NCBI GenBank assembly: GCA_963765205.1
Contig: CAVXVB010000008.1
Location: 416,001-480,000, forward strand
DNA length: 64,000 nt
Reading direction: 5' to 3'
Source: an uncultured Verrucomicrobiae bacterium
GTDB lineage: Bacteria > Verrucomicrobiota > Verrucomicrobiia > Opitutales > JABDGR01
In this document: positions 47,597 to 58,393 of the stretch, in pieces
How positions within the stretch are numbered: the first letter of the stretch is position 1
How the letters are laid out: each line of letters begins with the position of its first letter
Notes under the pieces: generated by a model
Told to the model about the DNA's origin: nothing
What the model saw: only the letters and a program-made list of their open reading frames with translations
Databases searched by the model: none
Position numbers and translations under genes: made by a program

Positions 47597-50500
47597 GTTG
47601 AACGGTTGGCTGTCGCGGTAAGTCACGGTTTCGGTGCCGTCGCCATTGTTCACCGGGGTGCCGACCAGCACGGCGTTCGCCGTCCAGGGGCCGGTGGCCG
47701 CATTGCTGGTTTGCGGCGTGTAGGTCAAATCACCCGGCGGGGTGCGTTCGCGGAAGGTGATGGTGAGGTAATTGACACCCCCGATGTTTTGAATGGTCAC
47801 CTGCGACAGGCCGGCCGGGCCGGTGGTGCCGCGCACGAGGGGATTAAGTCCGAAGGCATAGTCGAGGACATTGGAAAGGCTGTCGCCGTTGGGATCGGCG
47901 GTGCTGCCGCTAACCAGAGGATTGGCGAGTTGGGAGGACGTGAAAGTTTCCGCCTGCCAGGTGGCGAAGGTCAACTGGGCGACATTAACCAAGGTCTGCT
48001 GGGTAACGTCGAGCAAGGCCCCGCCCAAGAGCGGCGCGCCGAGGTTGACCGCCAGGGTTCCATTCGCGGACGAAGCGAGGGGGATGGACGCGGTTTTCGA
48101 CGCACTGTCGCCATTCGCCCAAGTGAGCGTGCCGAGGACCGGGTGACGCCGGTGAGCGCCGCGCTAGCCGCGTCCGTGGCGTAGTTGACCGAAAGCGCGC
48201 CGGAGCTGCCATCCGTGCGCGTCGCCGTCAGCACGAGCGAGTCGCCCGGAGTACCGTCGGCTGAAGCGACGCTCCATTGCACCGTGCCGGGCAAACCGGC
48301 CAGCCCGGAAAAGAAGCGCCACATCGGGGTGTCGGAGACGGTCTGAAAGTTTCCAAAGTAGCCGCCGTAGAGCAGTTCCCCGTCGGGCTGGAGCGCAAAA
48401 TCACTGACGGCGGCATTCGGTCCGGTGCTGGAAGGGAAGAGCGGGTCCGTCGCGCCGGTACTGGTTAGGCGCGCAAGGTTACTGGCGGCCGCGCCGTTGA
48501 CATGAGCGAAGCTGCCACCGACCAGGATTTTGCCATCGGGTTGCACCAGCAAGGCGTCGCAGGTGCCGTCGGTGGTTGGCGCAAAGGTCGTGTCAAGCGC
48601 GCCAGTGGAGGTGACGCGCGCCAGGCCGCCGCGGGCGACGTTGTTATAGGCGGTGAAATTTCCCGCAATCACAATGTTGCCGTCCAATTGCACGGCAATG
48701 GAATTGATGGGGAGCAGGCTGCTCGTGTTGCCGCTGGCGGTCGCACCCTGCACAATGCCATTGAAGGTCGCATCCAGAGTCCCGTTGGCATTGAGGCGGC
48801 ACAAACCTGATTTGAAGTTGACGTTACCGGGGATATAGAACTCGCCGCCGACCAGGAGTTTCCCATCGGGCTGCAGCGCCAGCGACTGCACATACCAACC
48901 AGCCGTACCATTGCCGAGAGAGGGAGACGGGCCGGTGAAGCTCGTATCGAGCGAGCCGTTCGCGTTCAAGCGCGCCAAAAAGGGGCAAGTTGTGCCATTA
49001 TAATGCAGGAAGGCACCGCCGATGACGATTTTTCCATCGGGTTGAGCGAGGGTGGCATACACGACATTGTCCGGGCCGGTCCCGGATTGAAAGGACGTGT
49101 CGAGGGAGCCGTTGGTGTTGAGCCGCGCAAGATTGTTGACGGGCGTGCCATTGACGGTGGTGAAATCTCCCCCGATGATGATTTTTCCATCAGGCTGGCG
49201 CGCGGCGTCGTAAACCACGCCCAAGTCCAGGTTCCCCTCCAAGTTTCCGGTCACACCGCCGGTGGTGTCGAAGAGAACATCCACGGTGCCGTCAGCGTTG
49301 AATCGCGCGATGCCGCCCTGGTTGTAGATGGTGGAATTCACGTCCTCCAGTTTTGAAAACCAGCCGGCGGCGACAATTTTTCCATCCGGCTGCACGATAA
49401 CGCGGTTGACGGCACTGTTGACGAAGAAAAGCGCGAAGCCCGGATCGGGTGCGCCGGGCGCGCCTAGGTCCACCGTGGCAGTGGCGTTGCCGCCAATCAC
49501 AGCGCCGGTGGGGCTGCTTAATGTCACCGTGAAGGCTTTGATGCCTCCGGCAATCGCTCCGGGAGTGATGGGGATGGTGATGGTCTTGGGGCTCGAATCG
49601 CCCGCGGCCCAGTCCACGACGCCGGATTGCGCGGTGTAATCGGCGGGCGCGGTCGCGTTGGTCACATTGGCGGTGGGAGTGGACGTGCCGTCGGAGGTGG
49701 TGTAGTTGACACTCAAAGCGGCCGCGCCGTTATCAATGCGAACCACGGTCAGGGTGGCCTGGCCGATTTGTTCATCCGCATAAAACGTGGCTTGCGACCA
49801 TTCGATGCGGGGCTGGAAAGTCACCACGAGGTCGAGGTAGGCGCCCGCGCCACTCCCGCCCTGATCCAAGGTTTTCATAGTGATGCCCGCGGCGGTGTCG
49901 TTAAAGGTGCTGCCGACTTCGAGCGCTGGATTGGTGGCGGTGGTGCCGGGGTTGGTGAGGTTGAGCAAGTTGCCCTGCTGGTTATCATTGTAACCCCAGA
50001 GGACATACGCGCCGCCGCTCAGGTTTGCGTTGCCGGAGTTGGTGCGGTAGCCAATCCAGTAATCGTGCGTGTCGTCGCGAACGATTTTCAAGGCGAGCGG
50101 GTTGGTGATGTTGGCCGCCGGATTGTCGAAGGTGTAAACCCGGTAGGTGCCGGAGGTGGAGATGGTCGTGACCGCGGTGTCGGGGATCCATTCGAGAATG
50201 CTGCGGTTCCACTGGGTGTATTGGTTGACCTCCGTCAGACCGCCGCCCATGACGTTGAAGGGGTCGCCGTATTCCACCGATGTGCCATTGGGCGAGACGG
50301 GATTGCCGTCCGTCACGGACCAGAGATTCGCGTGATTGAGGCCGAAGGTGTGGCCCATTTCGTGGGCGACCTGGCTCAAATTAAACTCCCCGTTGATCCA
50401 AAAATCCGGGCCAATGACCTCGCCGAGGCCGCCGTAGGTGATTTGCGAGTTGGGGATGTTGCCCAAGTTGGAAAACACCACGCCGATGCGGTCGTAGGAG

Positions 50501-51816
50501 GCCACGTCATACCCGGCATTGGTCGCCAACGTTTCGGCGTCGCTATGCAGAAGGGTGTTGGCGCCGGCGGTCGCATAGCTGGCCGCCGTGCCGGGCATAC
50601 GCAAGACGGGGGTGACATCGGGGGAAATGCCGTTGACGACCGCGCCGATCTGCAAGGTCGCCTGGCCGTAACTGGCCTGACTAAAAAAATCGCCCACGCC
50701 GCCCGCTTGATTGTAACGGTTGACGATGTAGTCCGTGGTGATAGGAGTGTTGGTCGTGTTGGCGACCGGGTCATAGGGGTTTACCGGCGTGCCCGGCAGG
50801 TCGGAGAAATCCACGACGATAATCAGCACTTTTTTAGTGCCATGCGTCCAGGCGGAGGTGGGGCGGCCGGTGACATCGCTGCTACCCGGCGCGCCATCGG
50901 CTTCGACTGCCGCATAGTTGGACTGCTCGGCCTTGATCAAGTTTTGCTCATACAGATTCAAGTGCGTCTGGCAGCAGAGGATGTAAATTTGCCCATTGGC
51001 CTCGACGGCGGTGGGGACGGCGAGGTTCAACCCCGCGCTGGCGTTGACGGGCGTGACGTTGCCCGAGATGACGCACACGTTGTTCACGGCCCGCGACCCG
51101 GGGAGTTCGCCCGCTTCGAGGACGCGCACGGGCGAATCGCTCACGGCCAGGGCCTGGTCCACGGCGATGCCGATGATGGATGTTTTCGGCAAGGTCGCCA
51201 GGGTGGCGCGCCGGCCATAGGCATAGACGCGGTATTCGCGGCCGTTGATGAGGGTGGAGCGGTAGTCCGCCACCGCCGCAGTGGACCCGAACGATGACGA
51301 ACCGGCGAGCAATTCCAAATCACCCTGGGCGGAGACGCGTTCCTCGAGGAACGCGAGAATTTCCGGCGGAAGCTGCTGGCGCACGACCATCGGCACCGCG
51401 TCGGCCAGGGCCTGTTCCGGATCGGTGGGGATGAGCGCGGCGAGGGCTGCGCGCCGCTGCCGCGCCAGGTTCTGCCCCTCGGCGAGCAAGCCGGCCCGTT
51501 GCGCGATGGTGGCGTTGAGGTAGCGCGCCGTCCAGTCGGCAAAGGCCGCCATGGCGGGTCGCGTTTCGGACAACCAGGCGGAAGCGATGACGGAATCAGG
51601 CGGCGGATTTTTTTCCGCCCGCACGGCCGGGGTCGGCGCGAGCCTGGTAAGCACGGGCGCGGGCGCCGCCGGCACAGGCACGGGAGTCGGGCTTGACGCC
51701 GCCAGCCGCCGCGAACGCGAGGTCGGCAACGCCGCCGACTGCGGCCGGAAAAAATAAAAACCCAGCCCCACGACTCCCACACCAAGCAGCAGCAAGACAA
51801 GCGCGCGTTTCCTCAT
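47546..51816 (-). CDS. Large secreted metalloprotease (M11/M6-like) with Calx-beta and delta-60 (DUF5122) repeats; frameshift near 48142
   Basis: HEMGHTFGLNHAN...YGDPFNVMG; repeated QPDGKI; adding one C in CCC (48141-48143) restores TPVLGTLTWANGD and joins ORF 47546-48028. Confidence 0.75.
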
Positions 51817-51880
51817 ATTTTTCCAGTATGCCCGAAAACCGGGCCAGGCTCAAGCCTAGGTTCCGTTTTGAAACTTTTTT

Positions 51881-51960
51881 TCACCGCCAAGACGCCAAGA
51901 CCGCGAAGGGTGCTCATATGCAAAAACCCTCTTTGCATTCTTCGCGACTTGGCGGTGAAT
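51881..51960. repeat. 9-mer palindromic repeat (CGCCAAGA family)
   Basis: ttcaccgccaagacgccaagaccgcgaagg ... cttcgcgacttggcggtgaa. Confidence 0.75.
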
Positions 51961-52367
51961 CAGCCCTTGCCGCAATTGATCATCCACGGCGTGCCGAACT
52001 GGTCCACCACCATGCCGAAGCGATGCGCCCAAAAGGTTTCCTGCAGGGGGCATTGCACCACGCCGCCCTCCTCCAGACTCGCAAAGATGCGCTCCGCCTT
52101 CGATGCATCTTCGAGGTGGAGCGTCACGGAAAAGCCCCGTGGCTTCTGAAAACTGGCCGGAGGCGAGTCGGAGCCTTGCAACACCTGGTCGCCGAGCGCC
52201 AGCGTGGCGTGCAGGATTTTCTGCTGCCAATCCGGCGCAGTTTGCCCGGCCATGGGCGAACTCGCGTAGGTCATCATCATCATGATCTTGCCGCCGAGGC
52301 ACTGCTCATAGAATTTAAAGGCCGCCTCGCATTGGCCGTTGAATGTCAGGTAGGGACTGATTCGCAT
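51960..52367 (-). CDS. VOC/PhnB family protein
   Basis: PYLTFNGQCEAAFKFY, HATL, TFWAHRFGMVVDQFGTPWMIN. Confidence 0.9.
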   Translation of the reverse strand: MRISPYLTFNGQCEAAFKFYEQCLGGKIMMMMTYASSPMAGQTAPDWQQKILHATLALGDQVLQGSDSPPASFQKPRGFSVTLHLEDASKAERIFASLEEGGVVQCPLQETFWAHRFGMVVDQFGTPWMINCGKG

Positions 52368-52573
52368 CGTTCCCTCGATTTAATCCCCACCCCCGACACC
52401 GGCAACCCCAAAAAGGCAATTTACCATCAGTGCGTTTAGCCGGCGATCGGGATTCAGAATGAATATGCAGTTCTTCAAAAAAATCAGGAGCTTGTTTGGT
52501 AATTTAATGTCAGAGTATAAAAGCAGTTCGAGAAGTAACTTTACTGTGTTGGCATATCTTACAGGTAAATAAC

Positions 52574-52780
52574 ATGTCCCAAAGTATGGTTAATAACGAG
52601 CCTAAAACAAAAGGGTCTCTTATCGATATTGACACCTTGGTTTTGCAAGTTCCGGACGATTTTGATAAAAGCGATGGCAGCATGGATCGGTTGTTTGATG
52701 ACATGCACCGCTCAAGCAAGGAGCTTTTCTTTAAGATGCTTTCTCCTGAGTTTTTACTAACATTGAACCCCGAATATTAG
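52574..52780 (+). pseudogene. AT-rich gene remnant resembling the TIGR04255-family C-terminus
   Basis: LIDID...LFDDMH...KELFF...L.PEY; no N-terminal part; low-GC patch. Confidence 0.35.
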
Positions 52781-53205
52781 TAAATCATGAATCACTCGAA
52801 TACAAATGCCGGTACGGTTTTTACTGAAATCAAAGAAATTCCCCATGGCTCGTGGCCGTCTTTGATGATCAAAAAATTATGGGTGGGCATAGAGCGAATC
52901 CTAGGAAATGTATTTCTATGGAAGCGCGGTTCATAGAATGGAGATAGGGTTTTTAGCGAACATTCTGCCGATACCTGTTCAAGGAATTGGCGGTAAATGG
53001 TAAACTCAACATGGCGGTAGCAGGGGCCCGCCCCTGCTACCGAGATTCCCTAGGGGCGATAACGTCCCGAGAGTTCAAAATCGCGGCCCTGGCGTGCGCT
53101 GTGTTGCTGGAGGCTTCATTTGTGGTAGTGCCGTTTTATGAACTGGTGCTGGCCAAAAAGCAAAGCAGTTGATTGAGACGGCGCCAAGGCTCTGACGGAA
53201 CCAAG

Positions 53206-54654
53206 TTAATTTCCCCCGTTGCCGGGCGCGGCGGGATTCGCGCCGCGGCCGAAGCCGCCGCCCGGGCCAAAGCCGCCGCCGTTAATGATGGCGTTTTGCA
53301 TCAAGCTTTGCATGGCGTTGCCGCCGCCCATCAGGTTGTTGAATTGCGACATGCGTTGGAGCATTTGCGGCGTGATGTTCGTGAGCGCCTGTTTTTGCAG
53401 GTCGGTGAACGTGGTGGAATTGGCGAGGTATTGATTAAAACCCGTTTGATCCTGCTGCATCCATTGCAGGGCGACGCCGAACGTCGCGCCCTGGCGCATA
53501 TTGTCATCGGTGATGGTGCCGACCCATTGCATCGCGGTGCCCGGGTCCTCCGAACTGGAACTGAGCGCGAAAATGGCGACCGAGCTGTCCTTGGTTGGCG
53601 AGGGCGGCAGTTGGTTGAGGAACTGGCCGGCGGCATCGAGGTCGTAATTGGTCCAGGACTGCATCGCCGTGGCCAGAAGCTGGCCGCCGGGCTTGCCAGG
53701 GGGATTGTTGGGGTCGGCGTTGGCATTGGCGGCTTCTTGCTGATCCATTTGTGAAGCCCAAGTGGCGGCGGCGGCGGGGTCGTTGGCGGCCCAGGCTTTG
53801 GCGACCTGGACGCCCATGGCGGTCTGTTGTTGCGGGTCGGTCAGGCTGGCGACCCAGGCCGAGGCGTCCTGGGGCGAGGCGGCGGCCCAGCTCGCGGCCA
53901 ATTGCGCATTGGCGTCATCCCGCGTCTGGCCGGCGGGCATCTGGCTGAAGAGCGCGGCGGCTTGCGAAAACTCGCCCTGGTCGGTCAGGGTGTCCGACAA
54001 GGCCTTGACGGCGGCGCTTTTCATTTGGAGGTCTTGCGCGGTGTCGCCGCTCAAGGCATTGACGGCGGCGAGCGCGCCGGCGGGATCGGAGGAGGCGTAA
54101 CCGGCGATGGCGGCGGCAAAGCGCTGCTGGTTTGTCGTGGTGGAGCCGGCACCCGGATTGTCTTTCATCCATTGGAGGGCGGCTTTGGGGTCTTGCGCAG
54201 CCCAGGCTTTGAGCGCGTCGTCCACGCCGCCTTCGCGCAGGCGCGGGACGGTGATGCTGCCGGTGGCGGCGAGAAAGCCCTGCGGGTCGCGTTGGGCCCA
54301 AGCGTCGTAAAGGGCGCCCATGAGGTCGTTGCGCCGCGAGTTGGCGGGCTGGTCTTTGAGGTCTTTCAAAGCGGCCAAGGCTTCTTCGGGGCTGAGGCCC
54401 TGTGCCCAAGCGGCGAGCATGTCCGCATCCAGTTTACCCTTGGCTTTGAGCAGGTTTTGCCAGGAGGCCGTGGAGCCGGTTTGGTCCAGCTCCAGGACGG
54501 TGTTGAGTTTGTTCGTCACCGGACGGGGTTTGGCCGCCGCAGTGCTTTTGGCCGCGGGCGCGGGGTTGTTATGATGGCCAAACCAGTAGCCGCCGAAGGC
54601 GCTGACCGCACAGGCGAGGACAAAAGTCGTGATCTTGATTAGCGGAGATTTCAT
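53206..54654 (-). CDS. Membrane-anchored helical-repeat hypothetical protein
   Basis: N-terminal TM; repeated WAxxDPxAA. Confidence 0.7.
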   Translation of the reverse strand: MKSPLIKITTFVLACAVSAFGGYWFGHHNNPAPAAKSTAAAKPRPVTNKLNTVLELDQTGSTASWQNLLKAKGKLDADMLAAWAQGLSPEEALAALKDLKDQPANSRRNDLMGALYDAWAQRDPQGFLAATGSITVPRLREGGVDDALKAWAAQDPKAALQWMKDNPGAGSTTTNQQRFAAAIAGYASSDPAGALAAVNALSGDTAQDLQMKSAAVKALSDTLTDQGEFSQAAALFSQMPAGQTRDDANAQLAASWAAASPQDASAWVASLTDPQQQTAMGVQVAKAWAANDPAAAATWASQMDQQEAANANADPNNPPGKPGGQLLATAMQSWTNYDLDAAGQFLNQLPPSPTKDSSVAIFALSSSSEDPGTAMQWVGTITDDNMRQGATFGVALQWMQQDQTGFNQYLANSTTFTDLQKQALTNITPQMLQRMSQFNNLMGGGNAMQSLMQNAIINGGGFGPGGGFGRGANPAAPGNGGN

Positions 54655-54793
54655 GATGTTTTTTTTCTAAAAATTAAGTCGGATAGAGTCGGAGTAAGTC
54701 GGAGATGGTCGGAGATGGTCGGAGAAGAAAATTTCGCGTTGAGATAATTCAAGGTGGACGTTGCCAATGTTGGCGGACAGGGGCTGGAGGCGT

Positions 54794-56290
54794 TCAGTTC
54801 CCACCCGGCGCGCCGGGTGCAGGCTCGGCGCTGTCGGGCGCGGGGGCGTAGTCGGCGGGGTTGAAGTTGGCGCCACCGGGCGCGGTGGTGGGGATGGGGG
54901 CGGGGGCGTCGGCACGCTGGCCCACCAGACCTTTGCCATTAATAATAGCGTTCTCCATCATGGTCTGGACGGCGTCGCCGCCACCGAGGGCGGTGTTGAA
55001 CTGGGTCAGGCTTTGCAGCGTGCCGGGGGGGATGCCGGCCAGCGCCGCCTTTTGGCTGTCGCTCAAGACCGGGGTGGTGCTGAGGAACTGGTTGTAGCCG
55101 GCGGGGTCCTGCTGCATCCATTCCAGCCCGACGCCGACGGTCATACCGAGGCGCATTTGCTCATCCGAAATGGAGTTGACCCATTGGAAGGCGCTGGCCG
55201 GGTCCTCCTGGCTGGCGCGCAGGGCATAGATGGCGACGGCGGGGTCTTTCGCGGGTGAAGTGGGCAGCAAATTCAGAAAGGAGCCGACGTTGTCGAGGTC
55301 GTAAGTCGTCCACGAGCGGATGGCGGTGGCGAGCAATTGGCCGGGTGGGGTGGGATTATCGGGGCCGGGGGGTTCGGCTTGGCCGTCCATTTTGGCGGCC
55401 CAGGTGGCGGCGGCGGCGGGGTCGTTCTCGGCCCAGGCTTGGGCGACTTGCGCACCAATGGTGGATTTGAGTTGCGGGTCACCGCTCAAGCCCTCGACCC
55501 AGGTGGCGGCGTCCTGCGGGGCGATTTGCGTCCAGCGCGTGGCGAGTTGGGTGAAAGCGTCGTCGCGAGTCGAGCCGGCGGGCAACTGGCTGAAGAAAGC
55601 GGAGGCTTGGGCGAAGCCGCCCTGGTCGGCGAGGGCATCCGCGAGGGCCTTGGTGGCGGCGCTTTTCATCATGCGGTCATGGACATTATCGTCATTGAGG
55701 GCGTTGACGGTGGCAAGGGCGCCGGCGGGGTCGGCGACGGCGTAGCCGGCGATGGCGGCGGCGTAGCGCTGGTCCGTGGCGGCGGTCGAGGCGGTGCCGG
55801 GATTGTCCTTGAACCATTGGAGGGCGGCCTTGGGGTCTTGGGCGGCCCAGGATTTCAAGGCCTCGTCCACGCCGCTTTCGCGCAGGCGGGGCACGGCTAT
55901 GTCGCCGGCGCCGGTGAGGAAGCCCTTGGGGTCGCGGTCGGCCCAGGCATTGTAGAGGGCGCCCAGGAGGTCGTTGCGCCGGGAATTCGCGGGTTCGCCC
56001 TTGAGCGATTTGAGGGCGTCGGCAATTTGCGCCGGGCTGAGGCTGCGCGCCCAGGCATCCAGCAAATCGGAATTTAGCGTGCCCGTCGAGGTGAGCAGGG
56101 CGCGCCAATCCACCGCCCGGTCGGAGGGGCCGCTGACCAGGATTGCGCGCAGAGAACTGGCCGGGGTGGGCCGCGCGCCAACGCCGGCACTGGCGGTGAC
56201 CGCGGAGCGCTGGCCGAGCCAATACCCGGTGACAACGCCCAGACCGGCAATGCCGGCCACGAAAACTATTTTGAGTCCGGTGGATTTCAT
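54794..56290 (-). CDS. Paralog of 53206-54654
   Basis: Shares PANSRRNDL, VPRLRE.GVD.ALK.WAAQDPKAALQW.KDNPG. Confidence 0.7.
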   Translation of the reverse strand: MKSTGLKIVFVAGIAGLGVVTGYWLGQRSAVTASAGVGARPTPASSLRAILVSGPSDRAVDWRALLTSTGTLNSDLLDAWARSLSPAQIADALKSLKGEPANSRRNDLLGALYNAWADRDPKGFLTGAGDIAVPRLRESGVDEALKSWAAQDPKAALQWFKDNPGTASTAATDQRYAAAIAGYAVADPAGALATVNALNDDNVHDRMMKSAATKALADALADQGGFAQASAFFSQLPAGSTRDDAFTQLATRWTQIAPQDAATWVEGLSGDPQLKSTIGAQVAQAWAENDPAAAATWAAKMDGQAEPPGPDNPTPPGQLLATAIRSWTTYDLDNVGSFLNLLPTSPAKDPAVAIYALRASQEDPASAFQWVNSISDEQMRLGMTVGVGLEWMQQDPAGYNQFLSTTPVLSDSQKAALAGIPPGTLQSLTQFNTALGGGDAVQTMMENAIINGKGLVGQRADAPAPIPTTAPGGANFNPADYAPAPDSAEPAPGAPGGN

Positions 56291-56626
56291 GAAGGAAATA
56301 ACCCCGCCGCCGCGATGAGGGATCGAGGTAATTATACAAGAAAATCGCCGCCATGCGAGCGCTTGTTTTTTGGCGGAGGCAAAGGCTTTGCAACCGGCAA
56401 CCGAATCGCCGGCTTATTCTGGACAAATGAGGGTAGAACCAGGCAAATCGGGCAACCTCAGTGTGCCCCTTTTCAGCCATCCTTTTCTACCCTTTTACAT
56501 AACAATCAACGCAGCGCTTCGGGGTTGTGATCGGGCTTGGCTGATCTTTATGCAGTTGGCACCGGGAGCATATGAACAGGAAAAGCCATCCCCTCATTAC
56601 ATTTGGGGGATGGAGGCGGTGAGGGA

Positions 56627-57376
56627 TTATTTCCCGAAAAGATTAACTTTACTCAGGTGGTAGGAAAAGGCCCCCAAGGCATCGCCTACTTGGTAGCCGC
56701 TGTGGCATTGGATGCAGGCCTGTTGGGCGCGCACAGCCCCGACGATGAGGCATGTTCCGTCGGCTTCCGGCTGGGTGACCACGTCCTGCCCCGTCTTGAT
56801 TTCCGCAAGCGCGCTGGTCTCGAAATCCGTCAATGGGCGGATTCCCGTGGGTGTGGCGGGTTCGTTCGGGTATGAATTGGAGCTGCGGCCGAAAGACTGA
56901 AAGGCCGAGTGGCGGTTGATGACAAAAGCGACCGGGGGGTCGTGTTTGGCGAGGCCGATTAATTCCAATTTATCCACCCGGTAGGCCTCAACCGCGGTGA
57001 TATCCGCGCCGTTCAGTTTCAGGTCCTGCGCGAGCACGAGCCGCAAGGAGGGGTCCAGTGTCATTCTCGGCGGACCCGAGAGCTGCGACCCCGCAGCGCC
57101 ATAGTCGCCAGTCCCAGCGGATCGAATATAAGTGTCGACGTAATAATTGTGCATTTGCACTTCGGAAGTCCAAATGTTGAGCAATGTGTTCTTATTCAGA
57201 TACACCTCAGACGCGGACGGCGAGGCTCCCAAGGTGATGGGCCTCGGCGGTGGCTTATAGGGTGCTGCTTCCGAGGTCGTAACCGGCGTGGTGGAATTCT
57301 GGGCCACCGTCAAAGGAATCACCCATGACCATAAAACGGCAGTCGTCACCGCGACCAACACTCGTAGAGTTTTCAT
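56627..57376 (-). CDS. Exported mono-heme c protein (DUF3365/Tll0287-like)
   Basis: Signal peptide; CIQCH, GDALGAFSY. Confidence 0.65.
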   Translation of the reverse strand: MKTLRVLVAVTTAVLWSWVIPLTVAQNSTTPVTTSEAAPYKPPPRPITLGASPSASEVYLNKNTLLNIWTSEVQMHNYYVDTYIRSAGTGDYGAAGSQLSGPPRMTLDPSLRLVLAQDLKLNGADITAVEAYRVDKLELIGLAKHDPPVAFVINRHSAFQSFGRSSNSYPNEPATPTGIRPLTDFETSALAEIKTGQDVVTQPEADGTCLIVGAVRAQQACIQCHSGYQVGDALGAFSYHLSKVNLFGK

Positions 57377-57403
57377 AGGACAGCGAAAAGGTTGCCCCAA
57401 ATA

Positions 57404-58246
57404 TTATTGCGGCTTCAGTGGCGCGTTCGGAATCGGCGCGGGCAGATTGCGTGCTGCGGGCAGAGGCGGAGTTTGATCGAACAGACTGGCTGGGCTGAGG
57501 CGGTAGGAAAAGGCCCCCAGAGCATCGCCGACTTGGTAGGTGTCGTGGCATTGGATGCACGCCGCTTGCGCCCGCACGGCCCCGACGACGAGGCGCGAGC
57601 CGTCGGCTTGCGGCTGGTCGGCCACGTTTTGGCCCGCCTTGATTTCCACCAGCGCGGATTTTTCAAAATCAGTCAATGCTCGGGTGCCGGAGATGGTCAA
57701 CGGGGCGCTGAAGCGCGTGGCCGAAGTCTGATTCGGCCGGTTAACCAAAAATCCCGAGTGGCGGTTGACGACAAAGGCGACCGGGGGGTCGTGTTTGGCG
57801 AGGCCGATTAATTCCAGCTGGTCAACTTGGTAGGTCTCGACGGCGGTAAGAACCGGGCCATCCAATTTTATTTCGTGCCCGAGCATCAGCCGCACGGAGG
57901 GATCCACCGTCATGGTGGGCACCGTCATGCGCACCCCGCCAAACCCGGCGGATTGAATGAATTTGTTGACATAAAAATTGTTCATTTGCTCCTCGGAAGT
58001 CCAAATCCTATGCAAGGCAACCTGATTCAAATGCACGAGCACTTGTGTAGTCAAACTTGACGATGCTGGATGCGGAACCGGGGGCGGCGGGGGGGATGGA
58101 AGTAACGGCGCCTTGGACAAAGCTGGCTGGGATTGTACCGCTGGAGACAACGCCTGCGAGTTTGCCTCCTGCGCGAAGGCCGCAGAGCCGGAAAGGGACC
58201 ACCAGAGGGTGGTCGCAACAAGGAGGGGTAAGCGCGGGGTATTCAT
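57404..58246 (-). CDS. Paralogous exported mono-heme c protein
   Basis: LELIGLAKHDPPVAFV and CIQCH shared with neighbour. Confidence 0.65.
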   Translation of the reverse strand: MNTPRLPLLVATTLWWSLSGSAAFAQEANSQALSPAVQSQPALSKAPLLPSPPPPPVPHPASSSLTTQVLVHLNQVALHRIWTSEEQMNNFYVNKFIQSAGFGGVRMTVPTMTVDPSVRLMLGHEIKLDGPVLTAVETYQVDQLELIGLAKHDPPVAFVVNRHSGFLVNRPNQTSATRFSAPLTISGTRALTDFEKSALVEIKAGQNVADQPQADGSRLVVGAVRAQAACIQCHDTYQVGDALGAFSYRLSPASLFDQTPPLPAARNLPAPIPNAPLKPQ

Positions 58247-58393
58247 GGGGCGCGGATTAGGGCAGCCGACCAATAGCCTATAAACGTCAGGGGAGACGAT
58301 TAGTTTTGTCAATCTGCTGTCGCTTTCCTTGGTTTGTGCTCAGGAACTGTCAGGAAAAGACTCACCTAGATCAAATCGCAAAGGACTCCTGAT

